Assembly: GCA_902797075.1 (NCBI GenBank) | Contig: CADBRO010000189.1 | Coordinates: forward strand, 1-56,777 | Length of the DNA stretch: 56,777 bases | Reading direction: 5' to 3' | Origin: an uncultured Lachnospiraceae bacterium | Lineage (GTDB): Bacteria; Bacillota; Clostridia; Lachnospirales; Lachnospiraceae | Shown here: in pieces, positions 8,854 through 18,316 of the stretch | How positions within the stretch are numbered: position 1 is the first letter of the stretch | Layout of the letters: every line of letters begins with the position of its first letter | Program-made: the position numbers and the translations under genes | The notes under the pieces: generated by a model | What the model was told of the DNA's origin: nothing | Databases searched by the model: none | What the model saw: the letters and a program-made list of their open reading frames with translations, nothing else

Positions 8854-10347
8854 ATGGCAGACCGGATAATAGAGTTAAAACATGTAAATAAACATTACGG
8901 CGGTGTTCATGCGCTGAAGGATGTAGACTTTGAGCTCGAAAGAGGAGAAATACACTGCCTGATCGGCCAGAACGGCTGCGGAAAATCGACGATGATCAAG
9001 ACGATTTCCGGCGTTATCGACGTCGACGAGGGGAGTGAGATCTATATTGACGGAAACCGGGTCAGCGGAGCTTCGGCGATCCGCTCCATGAGTGCGGGCG
9101 TCAGGGTGATCTACCAGGACCTGAGTCTTTTCCCGAATCTGACAGCAGCGGAGAACATCATGTTCGACCGCCACCTTGATCCCGGGACGCGCGGCGTAAG
9201 CTGGAACGACATGTTCCGGGAGGCTGAAAAGATCACGGACATGATGCAGATCCGGATCGATCTGGCAAGACCCGTGGAGGAGATGTCCATCGCGGACCGG
9301 CAGCTGGTCGCGATCGCCCGGGCTTTGGCGACAAATGCAAGAATACTGATTATGGATGAGCCGACGTCCTCACTGACCCGAAAGGAAGTCAACGTCCTGT
9401 TCACTATCATCCGGTCTCTTCAGGAAAAGGGAATGACGATTCTCTTTGTAAGCCATAAGCTCGACGAGATCGTGGAGATAGCCGAGAGGATTACGGTCAT
9501 GCGCGATGGCCGGATGATTTCCACATTTGACAAATCGGAAACCGATGAGAAGACGCTGGCGGAGCTGATCAGCGGACAGCAGATCACGTATAAACAGGAT
9601 TTTCCGTGTTCTTCGGACGAAACGGTGCTGTCCGTTTCCCATCTTTCCTGCGGGAGACAGTATCAGGATGTGTCCTTTGAACTGAAAAAGGGAGAAATCC
9701 TCGGAATCATAGGACTCCTCGGTTCCGGCAGAACGGAGCTTGTAAGTTCGATATTCGGAATGAATCCTCCGGATGGCGGATCGATCTTCCTTCACGGGAA
9801 GGAGGTCAGCTTCAAAAACAACCGGGAAGCCATTTCCGCAGGCATCGCGTATGTGCCGGAGGACCGGCTTCTCCAGGGACTGGTGCTGGATCAGAGTATC
9901 GAGAGCAATACGATCATTTCCATCATAGATAAGCTGAAAAGCGGTATCGGGATATTGAACCGGAAAGAAAGCCGCAGGATCACGGACAACTGGATCGGGA
10001 AGCTCAGCATAAAGAGCGCAAAACCCGATATCAATGCGTCAGCCATGTCGGGAGGAAATCAGCAGAAGATTGTCATTTCAAAATGGCTGTCCACGAAGCC
10101 GGATGTCCTGATTCTCGACCAGCCGACGAACGGCATCGATATCGGCGCAAAGAGCGCGATATACGAGCTGATCCGTGAACTTGCAAAGGAAGGCATGAGC
10201 ATCATTATTATCTCGGACGAGGCGGCGGAAATCTATTACAACTGCCCGAGAGCGCTGGTGATGCACCGCGGGAAAATCATCCGCGAGCTTGATACGAAGT
10301 CGATGAGCGAAAGCGATTTCAGTCAGGAGGTGCTAAGTGACGAATAA
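8854..10347 (+). CDS. Sugar ABC transporter ATP-binding protein (two NBDs, RbsA/MglA type)
   Basis: Walker A GQNGCGKST, DEPT, SHK; second NBD YVPEDR, MSGGNQQK, LDQPT; ATG 8854 after GAGG. Confidence 0.92.
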   Translation: MADRIIELKHVNKHYGGVHALKDVDFELERGEIHCLIGQNGCGKSTMIKTISGVIDVDEGSEIYIDGNRVSGASAIRSMSAGVRVIYQDLSLFPNLTAAENIMFDRHLDPGTRGVSWNDMFREAEKITDMMQIRIDLARPVEEMSIADRQLVAIARALATNARILIMDEPTSSLTRKEVNVLFTIIRSLQEKGMTILFVSHKLDEIVEIAERITVMRDGRMISTFDKSETDEKTLAELISGQQITYKQDFPCSSDETVLSVSHLSCGRQYQDVSFELKKGEILGIIGLLGSGRTELVSSIFGMNPPDGGSIFLHGKEVSFKNNREAISAGIAYVPEDRLLQGLVLDQSIESNTIISIIDKLKSGIGILNRKESRRITDNWIGKLSIKSAKPDINASAMSGGNQQKIVISKWLSTKPDVLILDQPTNGIDIGAKSAIYELIRELAKEGMSIIIISDEAAEIYYNCPRALVMHRGKIIRELDTKSMSESDFSQEVLSDE

Positions 10348-11317
10348 ACAAAAGCCGGCGGCATTTACAAAATCTTATGAATTCATGCTGCTGTGCGTCG
10401 TGGTCATTCTCGTGGCGGTGCTCGCGGCAGCAACAAAAGGAAAATCCATCAAACCTCAGAATATCGTTGACCTTCTGACCAGTTATTCCGCTTACGGCCT
10501 GATATCGGTCGGATGCCTTATCGTCATTATTTCCGGCGGAATTGACATTTCCTTTATGGCAGTCGGAGCCGTGGCGCAGTATGTGACGGCGCTGTTTATG
10601 CTGAACGTGGGAGGAAACTTCCTCCTCGCCTATCTGATTTCAGCGGCGGTCGGAGCTATGTTCGGCATCGTGAACGCGATCCTCGTCAACCGTCTGCATG
10701 CTCCGACGATGATCATCACGATCGGAACGATGAATATCATCTACGGAATTACCATGCGCGTGACAAGGGGAATCCGTCTTCACGGTTTTCCGGCGTGGTT
10801 TTCCCAGAAAACGAAGCTTTCGCTGCTTCTCGTATCTGTGGGCACTCTGGCAGGCGCGCTGCTTCTTGCCGCATGGATTCTTCGCAGAACGAAGACAGGC
10901 AGGAAGATCTTCGCGATCGGAGGAAATATGGAAGCCGCGAAGCGTGCCGGCATCAGCATTTTCAAGGTGCAGCTTTTCGTCTATATGTTTGCCGGAGCCA
11001 TGGCCGGTATCGGAGCCCTGATCAAATGTTATCTCTCTCAGCAGGCCTCGATCGAAGCGCTTTACGGCGACGAGATGGACGTCCTCGCGATGGTTGTTCT
11101 GGGCGGCGTATCGCTTTCGGGAGGAAAAGGAACCGTAACCGGAACGCTTCTCGGAATTATTCTGATCGCCGTACTCAGCAACGGAATGACTCTCGTGGGA
11201 GTTTCCAGCTACTGGAAGGATCTTGTGATCGGCGCCGTAATTCTGATCAGCTTCTGCGTGACGGGCTGGAGAATGATCGCCGCAAAGAAGCGGGAACGGT
11301 TAGGGGGTGAGGCATAA
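10337..11317 (+). CDS. Sugar ABC transporter permease
   Basis: IISGGIDIS, GRKIFAIGGNMEAAKRAGI, VVLGGVSLSGGKG; GTG start with AGGAGG. Confidence 0.9.
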   Translation: MTNKQKPAAFTKSYEFMLLCVVVILVAVLAAATKGKSIKPQNIVDLLTSYSAYGLISVGCLIVIISGGIDISFMAVGAVAQYVTALFMLNVGGNFLLAYLISAAVGAMFGIVNAILVNRLHAPTMIITIGTMNIIYGITMRVTRGIRLHGFPAWFSQKTKLSLLLVSVGTLAGALLLAAWILRRTKTGRKIFAIGGNMEAAKRAGISIFKVQLFVYMFAGAMAGIGALIKCYLSQQASIEALYGDEMDVLAMVVLGGVSLSGGKGTVTGTLLGIILIAVLSNGMTLVGVSSYWKDLVIGAVILISFCVTGWRMIAAKKRERLGGEA

Positions 11318-12283
11318 GTGACTGATAAGAAATCTTTCAGAATCCCCGGGCGGGAGCACCTGATGCTGATCATCCTGACCGCGGCGTGTATTATCTTTTT
11401 CTCCATCATGAAACGCTCGTTTTTCTCGCTGGATTCCTTCGGATCCATCGCGAGGCAGATCCCGGAAATCGGCCTGTTTTCCCTTGCCATGATGATCCCT
11501 ATGCTGGTCGGCGGTATTGACCTGTCTGTCATAGCGTCCGCGAACCTCGGATCGATTCTCATGTCGATGTTCATAACGGGAAAAATCGAAAAGGGAGATG
11601 AAAATGTACCGGTTGTCATTATCGCGATTCTGATCTGTCTTGTGGTCTGCACGGCGGTCGGTTTTCTTAACGGCGTTATCGTCGCGGTATTCCGCATACC
11701 GGCCATGCTTGTGACCCTTGGAATGCAGATGGCTCTGACCGGAATTTCGCTCGGCATCACGAGAGGAGGAACCCTGTCCGGCTATCCGGCGTCTTTTGTC
11801 TCGATCGGAAATGGGGATTTCCACGGCATTCCGAACCAGTTTCTGATTTTTATAGTGGCAGCTGCAGCGCTGATCATCATCCTGCAGAAGACGCCATTTG
11901 GAACCAAGCTGAGGATGTACGGATCCAATGCGACTGCGACGGTTTACTCCGGCGTGAGCGACCGGTCGCTCCTTATACGCACGCATATGCTGTCCGGACT
12001 TTACGTCGGAATCGCTGCGGTAATCATGAGCTCGAGACTTACGTCCGCCTCGGCCGGAGCCGCCGCGAACTATCTGATGCGCGCTATCCTGATTGCCGTC
12101 CTTGGCGGCGTTGATCCGAACGGCGGACGCGGAAAGGTGGCCGGAATCCTGTGGGCGGTTCTCCTTTTCCAGTGCATGGCGACAGGACTCAACATTCTCC
12201 GAGTCAATTCATATATCGTGATCGCGCTTTACGGAGTGATCCTTCTGGTATCGGTATTTGCCAGAACAAGAAAAGACTCATAA
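11318..12283 (+). CDS. Sugar ABC transporter permease
   Basis: GGIDLS, GSNATATVYSG, AVLGGVDPNGGRG; abuts previous stop. Confidence 0.9.
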   Translation: MTDKKSFRIPGREHLMLIILTAACIIFFSIMKRSFFSLDSFGSIARQIPEIGLFSLAMMIPMLVGGIDLSVIASANLGSILMSMFITGKIEKGDENVPVVIIAILICLVVCTAVGFLNGVIVAVFRIPAMLVTLGMQMALTGISLGITRGGTLSGYPASFVSIGNGDFHGIPNQFLIFIVAAAALIIILQKTPFGTKLRMYGSNATATVYSGVSDRSLLIRTHMLSGLYVGIAAVIMSSRLTSASAGAAANYLMRAILIAVLGGVDPNGGRGKVAGILWAVLLFQCMATGLNILRVNSYIVIALYGVILLVSVFARTRKDS

Positions 12284-12321
12284 GGCATCGCTAAAATAGT
12301 ATTATACGAGGAGAAATATCT

Positions 12322-13755
12322 ATGAAGGATGTACTGAATCTGCTCGCGTATGATGTCGGCAACAGCGCTGTCCGGACGATCCTCTGCAGGTACGGAAACG
12401 GGGCGGTTGAAAGCCGGGAGGTGCTCGTCGAACCGAACGGAAGCTTTGAGGAGAACGGGTATCTCTACTGGGATATGGACTCGGTCTTTGAGTCCATGAA
12501 GAAGGGACTTGCTCTTGCCGCGAAGCAGTGCGAAAGAATAGATTCTGTCGGGATCTGCACCTGGGGCGTCGATTTCCGGCTTCTGGACGAGAACGGACGC
12601 TTTACGGCAAAAGCCCTGTGCTACCGGAATTCCATCGGAGAAGAGGAGATCAGCGCGCTTTCGGAAGCGGAGAAGGAAGAGATGTTCTACCGGACGGGAA
12701 TTCTTTCCGACCGCATCAACTCTGTCTTTATGCTGAAAGGCATGCGGAAGCACGTGCCGGAGGCGGTCAGTGCCGCGAAGAAGCTTCTGATGGTGCCGGA
12801 CGTTTTCGTTTATATGTTTACCGGAGTCCTGATGAACGAGCCCAGTGAGCTTTCAACGACCCAGATGATGGATGTCCGGACATTGAAAATCAGTGAAGAA
12901 ATGTGCGCCTACGCCGGCGTAAGTAAGGATCTTTTCTCGCAGATCGGAGTTCACGGGAAGGCCGTCGGAAACATATTGCCGGAGATCCTCGCGGAAGCTG
13001 GGATCGGATACGATATACCGGTCATCTGCGTACCGTCCCACGATACCGCCAGCGCTGTTATGGGTATTCCGTCGCCGGTTCCGGATTATCTCTTTGTCAG
13101 TTCCGGAACATGGGCTCTCATCGGCGCCGATACCGACGCTCCGGTTATCACGGAGAAGACGATGCGCTCGAAGCTTACAAATGAAGCCGGAGCCTTCGGC
13201 CGGACGACGCTCCTTCGGAATTCTGCGGGAATGTTTATTCTCCAGAGACTCCGGGCGGAATACCAGGAGGAGAAGAAGGAGTCGATCAGCTGGAATGATT
13301 TTACGAATCTGGCCCGCGGCTGGAAAAATGAGCCGTATGTATACGACGTCAATGACAGCAGGTTTTTTAATCCGGTGAAAATGGCGGACGCGATCTGGAA
13401 GGTGCTGCATCCTGAGGGCGGAGCGGAGTACTGCTGGCCGGAGATTCTGGCATCGACCTATGCGTCGCTGGGCGAAAGCTACGCGGAGACGCTGAAGTTT
13501 GTCAGGGAGTGCACCGGCAAGGAATATGACAGGGTCTACGTCGTCGGAGGCGGCTCGAGGAACGCGATCATCAACCAGAGATGCGCGGACAGCCTCGGAC
13601 TTCCCGTCGAGGCCTGCGACATGGAGTGTTCGTCGGTCGGAAATGCAGTGGTTCAGATCGCGCATTTCCATCCGGAGTATACGCTTACGGATCTCCGGGA
13701 GATTGTTTACCGGTCGCTGAATGTTAAGACCTATACGCCGGAGACTCTGGAATAA
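12322..13755 (+). CDS. Rhamnulokinase-like FGGY sugar kinase
   Basis: LAYDVG, TWGVDF, YR, HDTASA, SSGTWAL, TNE, VVGGGSRN motifs typical of RhaB-family kinases. Confidence 0.85.
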   Translation: MKDVLNLLAYDVGNSAVRTILCRYGNGAVESREVLVEPNGSFEENGYLYWDMDSVFESMKKGLALAAKQCERIDSVGICTWGVDFRLLDENGRFTAKALCYRNSIGEEEISALSEAEKEEMFYRTGILSDRINSVFMLKGMRKHVPEAVSAAKKLLMVPDVFVYMFTGVLMNEPSELSTTQMMDVRTLKISEEMCAYAGVSKDLFSQIGVHGKAVGNILPEILAEAGIGYDIPVICVPSHDTASAVMGIPSPVPDYLFVSSGTWALIGADTDAPVITEKTMRSKLTNEAGAFGRTTLLRNSAGMFILQRLRAEYQEEKKESISWNDFTNLARGWKNEPYVYDVNDSRFFNPVKMADAIWKVLHPEGGAEYCWPEILASTYASLGESYAETLKFVRECTGKEYDRVYVVGGGSRNAIINQRCADSLGLPVEACDMECSSVGNAVVQIAHFHPEYTLTDLREIVYRSLNVKTYTPETLE

Positions 13756-13868
13756 CAATCCCGGGCGGCGGCTCACGGGTGAGGAGCGAAACGGACCGGA
13801 AATGTCCGCTTTACTGAGATACTGACCGGCAATTTATTGAAACAAAGTCGGAATGTGAGGGAGGAAAT

Positions 13869-14510
13869 ATGATGAATTACAAAGAAGCTGTTGTTGAAAA
13901 TGGTATCAGGATGCTGCATTCGGGTCTGACGGTTGAGACCTGGGGAAATATCAGTATGCGAGATCCGGAAACCGGATTGATCTATCTTACTCCCTCGGGA
14001 ATGCCTTATGATAAAATCGTCCCCGATGATATCGTGGTTATGAACAGCCGATTTGAGGTCGTCGAGGGAACGAGAAAACCGACGATCGAATCGGGTATGC
14101 ATATCGGGATCATGAACGCGCGGCCTGACGTCAACGCAGTCATACATACGCATCCCGTTGATTCCCAGATATTTGCGCTTCTTCACCGCGATATTCCGCC
14201 GGTCATCGACGAGGCGGCGCAGATTCTCCGGGGAACGGTCCGCTGCGCGAAATATGGGCTTCCGGGCACGGATGAGCTCGCTGAGAACGTGATTGAAGCC
14301 CTCGGCGACGGAACGGCCTGCCTGATGGCCAATCATGGAGCCGTGGCGGCCGGCGCGGACATCGACGCGGCGTTCCGTATCTGCACGGTTCTTGAGATGA
14401 CGGCGAAGATTTATTATAAGGCGCTCTGCATCGGCGATCCCCAGCCGCTTGATGATGAAAAGGTGGCTATTATGGTTGATTTTGTCGCTAATCAATACGG
14501 ACAGAGATAA
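13869..14510 (+). CDS. Class II aldolase/adducin family (L-fuculose-1-phosphate aldolase-like)
   Basis: TWGNIS, TPSG, PTIE..MH, HTH and NHG zinc-ligand motifs. Confidence 0.88.
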   Translation: MMNYKEAVVENGIRMLHSGLTVETWGNISMRDPETGLIYLTPSGMPYDKIVPDDIVVMNSRFEVVEGTRKPTIESGMHIGIMNARPDVNAVIHTHPVDSQIFALLHRDIPPVIDEAAQILRGTVRCAKYGLPGTDELAENVIEALGDGTACLMANHGAVAAGADIDAAFRICTVLEMTAKIYYKALCIGDPQPLDDEKVAIMVDFVANQYGQR

Positions 14511-14534
14511 TCATTCAGGAACCCGGGAGGAGAG

Positions 14535-15380
14535 ATGAAAGAACTTCCTTACGCACGTCAGAAGAAAATCGTGGAACAGCTGAACCGGCTCGACAGGAAT
14601 GAATGCCTTCGGATCGAGCAGCTTGCGCGGGATTTCAATGTTTCAAGCATGACGATCTACCGCGATATCATGCAGCTTGAAAAGAACGGGGAAGCAAAGC
14701 GTGTTTACGGCGGGATTCAGGCGGCGAGAACCATAGACGAAGCGGCAGAGACATTGCCGGACGCCATGCCTCTGCCGTCGCAGCTTCCGCCCTACGGCGA
14801 CTCGGCGATTGAGGAGCGCTTTAACAGGCAGCTGGCTGAGAAACAGGCGATAGCGAAGGCTGCTGCGAGGTTTATCCGCGACGGGGATGTGATCGCGATT
14901 GATCCCAGCACGACGACGCTGCATCTTTGCAGTTATCTTCTGAACAGAAGGCTGACCGTGGTGACGACGAGCATGAGCGTCGTGCTTCAGCTTGCCTCGT
15001 CACAGACGGTTGATATTATTCTGTGCGGCGGGATGATTCGAAAGAGTGCTCTTTCGACGGTCGGACCGATGCTGTCCGGTACTTTGGATCAGTTGAATAT
15101 CAACCGGTGCTTTATGTCGTCACACGCTTTTTCATATAAGCACGGTTTGACGGATATGACGATGGAGGAATGCGAGGCGAAAAAGCAGATCATTCTCCGC
15201 TCAAATGAAATCAACGTGCTGGTGGATCATACTAAGATCAACCGTTACGCGCCCTTCGTCGTGTGCAGCACAAGACAGATCGACCGGATCATCACGGACG
15301 CAGGTACGACGGAAGACGGCGCTTCCGCGGCGATCCTGAAGAAATGTGAAGATGAAGGCTGTGAAATAGTTTACGCATAA
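14535..15380 (+). CDS. DeoR/GlpR-family transcriptional regulator
   Basis: FNVSSMTIYRDI HTH, RVYGG, EKQAIA, DPSTT, DHTK. Confidence 0.9.
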   Translation: MKELPYARQKKIVEQLNRLDRNECLRIEQLARDFNVSSMTIYRDIMQLEKNGEAKRVYGGIQAARTIDEAAETLPDAMPLPSQLPPYGDSAIEERFNRQLAEKQAIAKAAARFIRDGDVIAIDPSTTTLHLCSYLLNRRLTVVTTSMSVVLQLASSQTVDIILCGGMIRKSALSTVGPMLSGTLDQLNINRCFMSSHAFSYKHGLTDMTMEECEAKKQIILRSNEINVLVDHTKINRYAPFVVCSTRQIDRIITDAGTTEDGASAAILKKCEDEGCEIVYA

Positions 15381-15420
15381 AAAAATCCGTGCCGGCGTGA
15401 TCGCCGTTACGGATTCTTTC
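15381..15420. terminator. Probable bidirectional terminator between convergent genes
   Basis: AATCCGT..CGGCG-TGAT-CGCCG..ACGGATT, with an A run on the left and T-rich bases on the right. Confidence 0.6.
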
Positions 15421-15421
15421 G

Positions 15422-16792
15422 TTACTCCGGGTTAGTTCTCATCATCTTCAGCTCGGACCGCGCAAACGGCACTGACAGGATAAACGAGCAGATGTCCGCG
15501 ATTGCCTGCGTAATTTCAACGCCCGTAAGGCCGAAAAGCTTCGGCAGGATCAGAATCAGCGGAATAAAGAAAAGGCCGTTTCTCGCGGATGAGCTGATGG
15601 TCGCCTTGAATCCCTTTCCGCAGGACTGAAGCATCATATTCGTAAGAACGATGGTGCCCATGAGCGGAAGCACCGACGCCTGATAGCGGAGAGCGCGGCT
15701 TCCGATGGCGATGACGTCGGGATCATTCCTGAACCAGCTGATGATCCGCGGAGCGAAGATCAGGCAGAATACATCGCAGGCTGCAAGGAAGATGGTCGCG
15801 TACTTTACGCAAAAGAAATATCCTTCACGGACGCGGTTCCTGAAACCGGCGCCGTAGTTAAAGGAGCAGACCGGCTGATATCCCTGACCGAAGCCGATGA
15901 CCGCGCTCGAAAGAAGCATGAGCACTCTGGTTACAACCGACATGCCGGCGATCGCTGCGTCTCCGCCGTAAGTTCCGGCTGACGTATTAAGAAGGATTGT
16001 TGCGACAGAGGCGAGTCCCTGTCTGAAAAGAGACGGCAGGCCGCCGTTCAGCATTTCCAAGAGATAGTGCGTGTTCGGTTTTATGTTTCTAATGCGGATC
16101 CGGATGTTTTCGCCTCTTCTGCTGCCGGCGAAAAGGACAATAAAGCTGATGACCTGGCCGCACACGGTTGCGAGCGCGGCGCCCGCAACTCCCATGCCAA
16201 ACACGAAGATGAACAGCGGGTCGAGGAAAATATTGAGGATTGCCCCGGTGAGAACGCCGGCCATAGCATAGACGGCGCTGCCCTGAAAACGAAGCTGGTT
16301 GTTGATGACGAACTGACCTGTCATGAAGGGAGCACCGATCAGGATGATCCGCATGTACCGGCGCGTCAGCACGAGGGTTTCCTCTGTGGCGCCACGGCCG
16401 AGGAACCGCGTGATCGGATCGATAAAGATATAGCCGATGAGGGCGAGCAGAATGCCGATGACAATCGAATACGCAAATCCGGTGGACGCCATCTCATCGG
16501 CTTCTTTGTGATCGCCTGCCCCGAGCATTCTTGAGAGATAGTTGCCTGAGCCGTGTCCGCACAGGAAGCCGAAGGCCTGGATTACGGCCATGACGGAAAA
16601 TACGAGACCTACGGCAGCAGTTGACTGTGTGGAAATGCGGCCGACAAAGAAGGTGTCCGCCGTATTGTAGATGCCCGTGACGAGCATGCTGAGGATCGTG
16701 GGTACCGAAAGTTCGAAGATCAGCTTCGGAACCGGAGTCTGCGTCAAGTGAGTGAATCGGTCTTCTTTATTGTGCTTCTGAAAAATACTCAT
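15422..16792 (-). CDS. MATE family efflux transporter
   Basis: LSVPTILSMLVTGIYNTADTFFVG, NIFLDPLFIF..MGVAGAALAT, QPVCSFNYGA. Confidence 0.92.
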   Translation of the reverse strand: MSIFQKHNKEDRFTHLTQTPVPKLIFELSVPTILSMLVTGIYNTADTFFVGRISTQSTAAVGLVFSVMAVIQAFGFLCGHGSGNYLSRMLGAGDHKEADEMASTGFAYSIVIGILLALIGYIFIDPITRFLGRGATEETLVLTRRYMRIILIGAPFMTGQFVINNQLRFQGSAVYAMAGVLTGAILNIFLDPLFIFVFGMGVAGAALATVCGQVISFIVLFAGSRRGENIRIRIRNIKPNTHYLLEMLNGGLPSLFRQGLASVATILLNTSAGTYGGDAAIAGMSVVTRVLMLLSSAVIGFGQGYQPVCSFNYGAGFRNRVREGYFFCVKYATIFLAACDVFCLIFAPRIISWFRNDPDVIAIGSRALRYQASVLPLMGTIVLTNMMLQSCGKGFKATISSSARNGLFFIPLILILPKLFGLTGVEITQAIADICSFILSVPFARSELKMMRTNPE

Positions 16793-16968
16793 TGTTTAGC
16801 CCTTGTTTATCCGTTAACAGATGGTAAAATACAGATAAGTCTGTGCACATTATTTTAACACAGAAATCATATGCAGATGAATCTAATTCTGATAGTGGTG
16901 AATCCCGGGGAAATGGCTGCGCTTTTTCCGCAGTCTGCCCGGGGCTTTGATACGAGAGGGAGAAGGAT

Positions 16969-17469
16969 TTGAGCAGATTATTCGTTGCGGTGCAATTGTC
17001 TGAGGAAATGAAAAAAACGGTAACCGGAACACTGCATGAGATGAAAAAGCTGGGGGTTAAGGGCAGCTATGTGCCTGTGCAGAATCTGCATCTGACACTG
17101 GCGTTTATCGGTGAGACCAAAGAGACGGAGGCTGTGAAGCAGGCTCTGGCAGGTCTTGCGTTCAAACCATTCCGACTCGCGTTTTCAGATTTCGGGAGCT
17201 TTGGCGACGTACTGTATGCCGGCGTGAAAGGAAATCAGGGGCTTACAGGATGCGCCAGATCCGTTCGGGATGCGCTCGGGAGTGCGGGCATTCCCTTTGA
17301 TGCAAAGAAATTTGAACCGCACGTCACGCTGATCCGGAAAGCCGCAGGAAACTGGAAGGCAGCGTCTTCACCGAAGGGGGAGATGATGGTAAAGCGGATC
17401 TCGCTTATGAAATCGGAACAAAAAGACGGGAAAACCGTGTACAGGGAAATTGCCGGATTCGGAGCATGA
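16969..17469 (+). CDS. thpR: RNA 2',3'-cyclic phosphodiesterase (2H phosphoesterase, LigT-like)
   Basis: RLFVA start, HLTL and HVTL 2H motifs, LMKS..Y end; TTG start. Confidence 0.88.
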   Translation: MSRLFVAVQLSEEMKKTVTGTLHEMKKLGVKGSYVPVQNLHLTLAFIGETKETEAVKQALAGLAFKPFRLAFSDFGSFGDVLYAGVKGNQGLTGCARSVRDALGSAGIPFDAKKFEPHVTLIRKAAGNWKAASSPKGEMMVKRISLMKSEQKDGKTVYREIAGFGA

Positions 17470-17496
17470 CGGCCGGAAACAGATAAGGAGAACCAG

Positions 17497-18213
17497 ATGG
17501 ATAAAAAAGGCAGAAGCAGAGAACTATTTCGGACACCTTTTTCAGCCGGATACTGGAAGCTGGCATGCGGAGAATTGAAATCCACGCAGGTGCTGGTCCT
17601 CGCTGCGGTTTTGACGGCGATGAGAATCGCGGTCAAATCCCTGACGATACCGATCGGTCCGGATCTCACGATCACCTTCGGATTTATGATTAACGCGGTT
17701 GGCTCCATGATTTACGGACCTGTGGTTGCGATTATCGCCTCTGCGGTCAGCGATACGGTCGGAGCGCTGGTATTCCCGCACGGGGTCTACTTCTTTCCGT
17801 TTATCTTTGAGGAGATTGCCGGCGGACTGATTTTTGCGCTGTTCTATTACCGGACGAGACTGAATTCCCTGCGGGTGATTCTGGGGCGGTTTGCGGTTAC
17901 CGCAATTGTCAACCTGATGATCACGCCCGTCATCATGTTTTACTATTATAAGCTGATTCTCGGAAAGGCGTACAGGCTCTTTACTCTGCCGAGAATGATC
18001 AAGAATCTTGCGCTGTTTCCGCTGCAGTGTCTGGTGCTGATTTTCATATTCAACGCGATTCTTCCGGTAACGGATCATATGGGGCTTACGAATACGGGAC
18101 GCGAAAAGATGGAAATCCGCAAAAAGGATATCGTGCTTCTCGTCATTCTTACAGCTGTTTCCGCGGCAGCGGTCGCCGCGTACTATTTTTACACAGGACA
18201 CAAAGCGCCATGA
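17497..18213 (+). CDS. folT: Folate-family ECF transporter S component
   Basis: Hydrophobic S component with ELKSTQVLVLAAVL, GSMIYGPV..SD..G, YFFPF and PRMIKN motifs as in FolT-like proteins. Confidence 0.7.
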   Translation: MDKKGRSRELFRTPFSAGYWKLACGELKSTQVLVLAAVLTAMRIAVKSLTIPIGPDLTITFGFMINAVGSMIYGPVVAIIASAVSDTVGALVFPHGVYFFPFIFEEIAGGLIFALFYYRTRLNSLRVILGRFAVTAIVNLMITPVIMFYYYKLILGKAYRLFTLPRMIKNLALFPLQCLVLIFIFNAILPVTDHMGLTNTGREKMEIRKKDIVLLVILTAVSAAAVAAYYFYTGHKAP

Positions 18214-18283
18214 CCGGAGACAGGCCGCTTCCCGCGGCAAAGCCTGATGTACTTAACGCCCATATGCATACTTGTACGAACAC

Positions 18284-18316
18284 AAAAAGGCACGCCATCA
18301 TCTGGCGTGCCTTTTT
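18284..18316. terminator. Bidirectional intrinsic terminator overlapping the helicase 3' end
   Basis: AAAAAGGCACGCCA-TCATC-TGGCGTGCCTTTTT perfect inverted repeat. Confidence 0.8.

Noticed and set aside
10105-10140. Walker B DQPT instead of DEPT in the sugar ABC ATPase
   Set aside because: It is in the second, normally degenerate NBD of RbsA-type ATPases; not evidence of a pseudogene.
16895-16960. THF riboswitch upstream of thpR-folT
   Set aside because: A modest hairpin exists (GGCTGCG/CGCAGTC), but the THF aptamer signature was not found here or in the 27-nt thpR-folT gap.
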